The notes under the pieces: model-generated
Database searches by the model: none
The model's input: only the letters and a program-made list of their open reading frames with translations
What the model was told of the DNA's origin: nothing
Translations under genes and position numbers: made by a program
In this document: piece by piece, positions 59,205 to 64,000 of the stretch
Layout of the letters: every line of letters begins with the position of its first letter
How positions within the stretch are numbered: position 1 is the first letter of the stretch
Origin: an uncultured Chloroflexia bacterium
Lineage (GTDB): Bacteria > Chloroflexota > Limnocylindria > Limnocylindrales > CSP1-4
DNA: 64,000 nucleotides
NCBI GenBank assembly: GCA_963736025.1
Contig: CAVTNH010000012.1
Span: 168,913-232,912 of the forward strand
Direction: 5' to 3'

Positions 59205-60871
59205 CCGGCCGCCACCGACGCCGCTGCGGCGCAGCGCGTATCCGCGGGTTCGAGGCAGACCGGGTAGACACCGACACTGAAGCGCCCGTCAGCGGCCGGC
59301 TCTGTCTCGTCGACCTCACGAGGCTCCGTGTAGACCGCCGGGCCGATCCATGCCGGTCGCTCGTCTCGATCCAGGATCGGCGCGACGGCAGCCACGGAGT
59401 CGCCGGCGTCCAGGACGAGCCAGCGGATCCCGTACGCGCGCGCGACCGATTCGATCGTCTCGAGCGGGTCATTCACCAGCACGACCCCGCCGCGGTCGCT
59501 CCAGTACTTGGTCCCGGACGCGTCGATGGACATGACCCGGTCGCTCGTCGAGGCGCCCGCGGCGTCAAGCGCGCCGGCGATCGCGCGGAAGTGATCCGCC
59601 CGGTTCGCCCAGCTGGCGTGGACGACGCTGGCCCCGACGACCGTGCAGAAGATCGCGAAGCCGATCGCGGTCGCGGTGAAGAAGCGAGTCGCCGTGTCGG
59701 CGTCCCAGCTCGGCCGCCGGCGGGCGACCCAGGCGACCGCGACCGCGATGCCCTCGAGGGCGAGGATGTAGGAGTACGGCGCGAGCGCGACCGCTGAATG
59801 GATGAACGTCCCGCCCGGGACGTGGACCGCGGAGACCAGCGCCGAGAAGGCGAACAGGAGGCCCGCGTACAGGAAGAACGGCCCGAAGTCGAGCGAGCGT
59901 CGTCGGGCCCAGCCGCCGATGACCATGAACGGCGCGAGGACGAACCCGGCGACGAGCGTGATGTAGATCATCAGCGCGGCGATCAGGCCACCGATCCGGC
60001 TGGCGACGAGTGGACCGGGGCCCATGCCCAGGAGGTGCTCCAGGGTGGCCGGGGTCGTGATGCTGTTCCACTCCGAGATGTCGCGGATGAACAGGACCTT
60101 GCCCGACGCGGTCGAGGGCGAGAGCGACCCGAAGACGTCCAGCTGGCGCATCCACCACGGGACCATGACGAGGGCGAACAGCCCGACGCACGCCGCCGCG
60201 GCGCCGAACCCGATGGCGGGGCGCCGCGAGCCGGCAGATCGCCACGCCTGCCAGCGGTCCCAGGCGAAGGCAAGGCCAAGCGCAACGAGGACCAGCAGGC
60301 CGTCGTTGCGGGACAGCGTCGCGAGCCCGGCGAGGAGGCCAGCCCCGGCGAACGCGCGCCCGGAACCCTTGAGGCCGCGCGCGCCGAGCCAGAGCGAGCC
60401 CACGACGAGCGGCTGGTAGAGCGAGAAGTTGTCGGGCTGGACCAGATACACCGTCGACAGGAGCGGGAAGGCGACGAGCACGCCGGCGCCGATCGACACC
60501 AGGGATCGCGCCCCCGCGTCGCGCGCGACGGCCCACGTCAGCGGGGCCGCCAGCGAGCCGATCAGCGCGAACGGCGCCGCGGACGCCCATGCGACGTTCC
60601 CGAACACGGCCAGGAATGGCACCTGGACCATGGACGCGAGCGGCATCCAGTGGGCGTTCGACGGGATCGGCAACGTCGGGGAGGCCGGGATGACGCCGCC
60701 GACCTCGGCGAAGATCCAGACGAAGTCGACGTTGAAGCCCTGTCCCGACTGGAGGGCACGCGCGACATCGACGTAATAGGACGAATCGGGGTACGCCGGC
60801 TCCGGGAAGTGCCAGATGAGCACCGCCCGAACGGCGAGGGCGAGCCCGTACAGCAGTAGGGGGATACGCAC
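59201..60871 (-). CDS. GT-C membrane glycosyltransferase (ArnT/PMT-like, COG1807), paralog
   Basis: SSYYVDVARALQSGQG loop, polytopic; 4-nt overlap with the downstream paralog. Confidence 0.75.
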   Translation of the reverse strand: MRIPLLLYGLALAVRAVLIWHFPEPAYPDSSYYVDVARALQSGQGFNVDFVWIFAEVGGVIPASPTLPIPSNAHWMPLASMVQVPFLAVFGNVAWASAAPFALIGSLAAPLTWAVARDAGARSLVSIGAGVLVAFPLLSTVYLVQPDNFSLYQPLVVGSLWLGARGLKGSGRAFAGAGLLAGLATLSRNDGLLVLVALGLAFAWDRWQAWRSAGSRRPAIGFGAAAACVGLFALVMVPWWMRQLDVFGSLSPSTASGKVLFIRDISEWNSITTPATLEHLLGMGPGPLVASRIGGLIAALMIYITLVAGFVLAPFMVIGGWARRRSLDFGPFFLYAGLLFAFSALVSAVHVPGGTFIHSAVALAPYSYILALEGIAVAVAWVARRRPSWDADTATRFFTATAIGFAIFCTVVGASVVHASWANRADHFRAIAGALDAAGASTSDRVMSIDASGTKYWSDRGGVVLVNDPLETIESVARAYGIRWLVLDAGDSVAAVAPILDRDERPAWIGPAVYTEPREVDETEPAADGRFSVGVYPVCLEPADTRCAAAASVAAG

Positions 60872-60923
60872 GGCCGGTGCAGCGTAGCACCGGGTCCTGT
60901 GCTCGCCGACCGGTACAATTCGG

Positions 60924-61778
60924 CTATCGCTGGCGTGGACCGCCCTTGCCGGATGCCAGCGTCGAGAACATGTACATCAGGAGGCGCGGGCTGGCCAGGA
61001 CCGACAGCGCGACGGCCGCCGGCCATCCCCAGCGCGTCGGCGCCAGCCGCAGCGCCACGAGCACCAGGGCGGCGACGAGGGCGAGCCACAGCCACGGCGA
61101 GAAGGCGTAGGGCGAGAGGTTCCGGACCTCGCCCACCTGCCCCAGATCCGGGAAGGTCATGTACGCGATGGTTCCCGCCGGCTCCAGCACGAACGAGAAG
61201 GCCAGCAGGCCGAGCCCCCAGGCGGCGAGCCTGGCGATCGATCTCCAGTCGCGCCGCACGACCCAGAAGACCGCGACCAGGACGGGGAGCAGCTTCAGGT
61301 GCGCCGCGAAGGCGACGGCCCAGGGGGCCCCGACGGCCAGCAGGAACGTGACGGCGACCTGGGCCTGGCCCACGGCGAGGCTCCAGGCGAACGGCGCGGC
61401 CAGCCAGCCAAGGACGATCCACGTCCACTTGTCCCGCCAGTCGAGCCGGATGATCGTGCCGACGAAGAGGGCGATCAGGAATGCCTCCCAGATCAGCGCC
61501 GCCGTCTCGAATGGCAGCAGTGCCAGGGGCCGGAACACGATCGCCAGGAGCGGCGGGTACCGGTAGAAGTCCGCGTCATTCGTCGTCGAGGCCTGTTCGT
61601 AGAGCGGCAGGCCGGCGTTGAGTCGCGCCCCGGCGTCGTAGTAGGCGTGGACATCGGCCAGGGGATCGGCCTGGAGGTGGACCCGGAGCGTGTCGAGGCC
61701 GATCACAAGGCCCAGCACCGCCGACCCGACGACGACATACCAGACCCGACGTCGCTCGAGCAGGACGGCGAGGGTCAT
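60924..61778 (-). CDS. DUF2029/GT87-like polytopic mannosyltransferase-type membrane protein
   Basis: HAYYDAGARLNAGLPLYEQ...FYRYPPL is characteristic of GT87/PimE-like. ATG at 61778 chosen within the longer ORF. Confidence 0.65.
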   Translation of the reverse strand: MTLAVLLERRRVWYVVVGSAVLGLVIGLDTLRVHLQADPLADVHAYYDAGARLNAGLPLYEQASTTNDADFYRYPPLLAIVFRPLALLPFETAALIWEAFLIALFVGTIIRLDWRDKWTWIVLGWLAAPFAWSLAVGQAQVAVTFLLAVGAPWAVAFAAHLKLLPVLVAVFWVVRRDWRSIARLAAWGLGLLAFSFVLEPAGTIAYMTFPDLGQVGEVRNLSPYAFSPWLWLALVAALVLVALRLAPTRWGWPAAVALSVLASPRLLMYMFSTLASGKGGPRQR

Positions 61779-63031
61779 GCCGCGGCGGATGCCGGCGCGG
61801 GCTCGTAGACGACCGGCCAGCGCAGACCGGCGAGCATGGATCCGACCACGATGGCGATCCCCAGCCACCAGCCCTCGGCCGTCGCGGTGGACGTCAGAAG
61901 GGCCGCCAGGATCGCGAACTCGCGCCGGATCCTGAGCAAGGCCGGCAGCAGGAACAGGCCGTTGAAGTCGTGCATGTTCGGCGAGACGACGAGCATGAGC
62001 AGCCCGAGCCACGCACCGATGTCCGGACCGCGGATCCAGAGCGCCAGGCCCAGGGACCCGATGGTCAGGACCGCGACGATCGCGGCGGGCAGATAGACCA
62101 GCAGCGATGGACCCATCGACGGCCACGTCGGGTCGGAGGCGAGCCGGAGCTGGGCGAACCAGTCGACGTAGATCGCGAGGCCGACGATCGGCAGCGTGAC
62201 GAGCGCCAGGACCGCCCACGGCGCGGCGCCCAGGACCGCCGCCCGCCAGTCGCGTCGCAGGATCGCCAGCCACGCGTGGATCTGGGTCACCTTGACGCTG
62301 GCCAGCGTCGCCGCGTACCAGCCGATCCGTGGCGTGACCGAGCCGGCGACATCGAGGTCCCGCGGTTCCGGGCGGAGGTCGTGGTGTCTCGCCGCGAGCC
62401 AGAACGCGGCCACGAACGCGCCGAAGAGGAAGATCTGGACGTTGGCGCCCCAGATGGCGCCGAACATCGGCTCCCACAGAAGAACGAGTGGCAGGATCGG
62501 CCAGGGGATCGCCAGGCGCCGGGAGATGAGCACGCCCATGGCCAGGGCCGCACCGAACCAGGCGATCCGCACCAACGTCTCGGGCAGCAGCGTGAGCGGC
62601 GCCCAGAGCGGCAGCACGAACGGCGGATAGAGGAACGGCTGCCCCACCGCGCCCGGATCGCTGAATGCCTCGGCGAGGTAGGGGCTCCCGCCATCCAGCC
62701 ACCGCTGGGTCGCGGCAAGCGGGATGCTCACGTCGATGCCGAGCGGGATGTTCGCCGCGATCTCGGTGTCGGTCGAGACGAACACGAGCAGGGCGACGAC
62801 CGCCAGGCCGATCCGGACGACCGTCGTGATGCGCGTCCCCGGTCCGAGGAGCGAGGTCGTGGCGTTGGGGGTCACGGCCGAAGTATCACCGCTCCCCGAG
62901 CCCACGCGACGGTACGATGGTCTGGTGCCGACGACGATCCGGGACTGACACGATCGCTCGATGACAGCCGCCCGAGCCATCCGCGACGGCGCCATCCTCG
63001 CGGGCCTGCTGTTCGCGGCGTACCTGTTCAT
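61775..63031 (-). CDS. DUF2029/GT87-like membrane glycosyltransferase, paralog; the real start is probably internal, near 62880
   Basis: SPYLAEAFSDPGAVGQPFLYPPFVLPL and polytopic organisation. Confidence 0.6.
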   Translation of the reverse strand: MNRYAANSRPARMAPSRMARAAVIERSCQSRIVVGTRPSYRRVGSGSGDTSAVTPNATTSLLGPGTRITTVVRIGLAVVALLVFVSTDTEIAANIPLGIDVSIPLAATQRWLDGGSPYLAEAFSDPGAVGQPFLYPPFVLPLWAPLTLLPETLVRIAWFGAALAMGVLISRRLAIPWPILPLVLLWEPMFGAIWGANVQIFLFGAFVAAFWLAARHHDLRPEPRDLDVAGSVTPRIGWYAATLASVKVTQIHAWLAILRRDWRAAVLGAAPWAVLALVTLPIVGLAIYVDWFAQLRLASDPTWPSMGPSLLVYLPAAIVAVLTIGSLGLALWIRGPDIGAWLGLLMLVVSPNMHDFNGLFLLPALLRIRREFAILAALLTSTATAEGWWLGIAIVVGSMLAGLRWPVVYEPAPASAAA

Positions 63032-63794
63032 CGTCGTGGCGCCGGCGTCGGGGACGTTCGGGTTCGATGCCTTCGCCTACTGGGCGGTCAACGGCAACGA
63101 CCCATACGGCGCCGGCGTCGGTGGGCTGGGGGCCTTCAACTACTCGCCGCCGATCGCGCGCCTGTTCGACCCATTCGGCGCCATCGACTGGCCGTCCTTC
63201 CTGTGGATCTGGACCGCGCTGCTCGTCGGCAACCTGATCTTCCTCGGCCGACGCGGTGTGCGGACCCTCTGGCTGCTGGCCCTGCCACCGGTCGCCATCG
63301 AGCTCTACCACGGCAACATCCACCTCTGGATCGCGGCGGCCATCCTGCTCGGCTTCCGCTACCCGTGGACCTGGGCGTTCGTGGTGCTGACCAAGGTCAC
63401 GCCCGGGCTCGGGCTCGTCTGGTTCGCCTTCCGTCGCGAGTGGCGGGCGCTCGCCATCGCCCTTGGTGTCACCGCGGCGATCGTGGGGGTCTCGCTGGTC
63501 CTGGACTGGCATCTCTGGGAGGAGTGGTTCCGTTTCCTGACGGGGACGCCCGAGGGCGGGTCCGTGGCCCAATTCCAGATCGCGATCCCGCTGCTGATCC
63601 GCCTGCCCATCGCGTTCGTGCTCGTCGCCTGGGGTGCGCTGACCGATCGGCGCTGGACGGTGCCGCTCGCGGCCACCCTCGCCCTGCCGGTCCTGTGGGT
63701 CAGCGGGTTCGCGATCTGTGCGGCCTGCCTCCCCCTGCTGCGCCGCCCGGATGCGAGCCCGCCCGACGCGATCGAAGCTCCTCAGGCCGCCTGA
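62961..63794 (+). CDS. DUF2029/GT87-like membrane protein, divergent third paralog
   Basis: FAYWAVNGNDPYG...NYSPPIARLF and polytopic. Confidence 0.55.
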   Translation: MTAARAIRDGAILAGLLFAAYLFIVVAPASGTFGFDAFAYWAVNGNDPYGAGVGGLGAFNYSPPIARLFDPFGAIDWPSFLWIWTALLVGNLIFLGRRGVRTLWLLALPPVAIELYHGNIHLWIAAAILLGFRYPWTWAFVVLTKVTPGLGLVWFAFRREWRALAIALGVTAAIVGVSLVLDWHLWEEWFRFLTGTPEGGSVAQFQIAIPLLIRLPIAFVLVAWGALTDRRWTVPLAATLALPVLWVSGFAICAACLPLLRRPDASPPDAIEAPQAA

Positions 63795-64000
63795 GCGTCG
63801 GGGCGAGCGCGGATCGCGAGCCCCAGGAGCACCACGAACGCGGTCATGAGCACGACCGGGATGCGAACCGGCGGGCCTCCGGCGTCGTTGGCGCTGATCG
63901 AGTTGGTCAGAAGGATCACAAGCGGCGACACCGCCAGCGCCAGCCCGAACCACCCACCATTCGAGGTTCGACGCAGCCCGCGATAGGCGATGGCGGCGGC
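63782..64000 (-). CDS. Membrane protein, 3' end only; the gene continues beyond the window
   Basis: Minus-strand translation ends WFGLALAVSPLVILLTNSISANDAGGPPVRIPVVLMTAFVVLLGLAIRARPDAQAA*. Convergent, overlapping the + gene by 13 nt. Confidence 0.4.
   Translation of the reverse strand, partial: AAAIAYRGLRRTSNGGWFGLALAVSPLVILLTNSISANDAGGPPVRIPVVLMTAFVVLLGLAIRARPDAQAA

Overview
This is a high-GC (~70%) chromosomal segment whose gene order looks actinobacterial: rplU-rpmA-rpmE-prfA-prmC-tsaC/sua5-(glyA)-wecA-atpBEFHAGDC-murA, the same order as M. tuberculosis rpmE-prfA-hemK-Rv1301-rfe-atp-murA. Almost every base is coding.

In window order:
- An origin-proximal-like block on the minus strand: gyrA (5' part), an AlkD-like repair protein, a thioesterase, gyrB, parB, parA and two perfect parS sites. 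dnaA, dnaN and recF are absent.
- Rod-shape genes mreD, mrdA (PBP2) and rodA; mreB sits about 28 kb further on.
- An NhaP antiporter, a J-domain protein and an AI-2E transporter.
- A ribosomal protein and translation block: L21/L27/L31, RF1, PrmC, Sua5, GlyA and WecA.
- A two-gene surface-protein insertion with PKD, cadherin-like and FN3 domains.
- A complete F1Fo ATP synthase operon with an upstream atpZ.
- murA, mreB, a PHP phosphoesterase, a UPF0104 membrane protein, an XRE regulator, nfo, hpf and comF.
- A long minus-strand run: five GT-C/GT87 membrane glycosyltransferases, a HisKA_3 two-component system plus a degenerate kinase paralog, four tandem Flp pilin genes, then cpaB, REC-tadZ, cpaF, tadB and tadC.

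I found no rRNA, tRNA, CRISPR array, transposase or integrase.

About 20 apparent frameshifts are spread across essential and accessory genes. I read these as indel errors in the assembly, not real pseudogenes.

The most interesting candidate system is the glycosyltransferase, two-component and Flp/Tad locus, which may be a glycosylated Flp pilus system. The surface-protein insertion, with a duplicated C-terminal module, is the second candidate.
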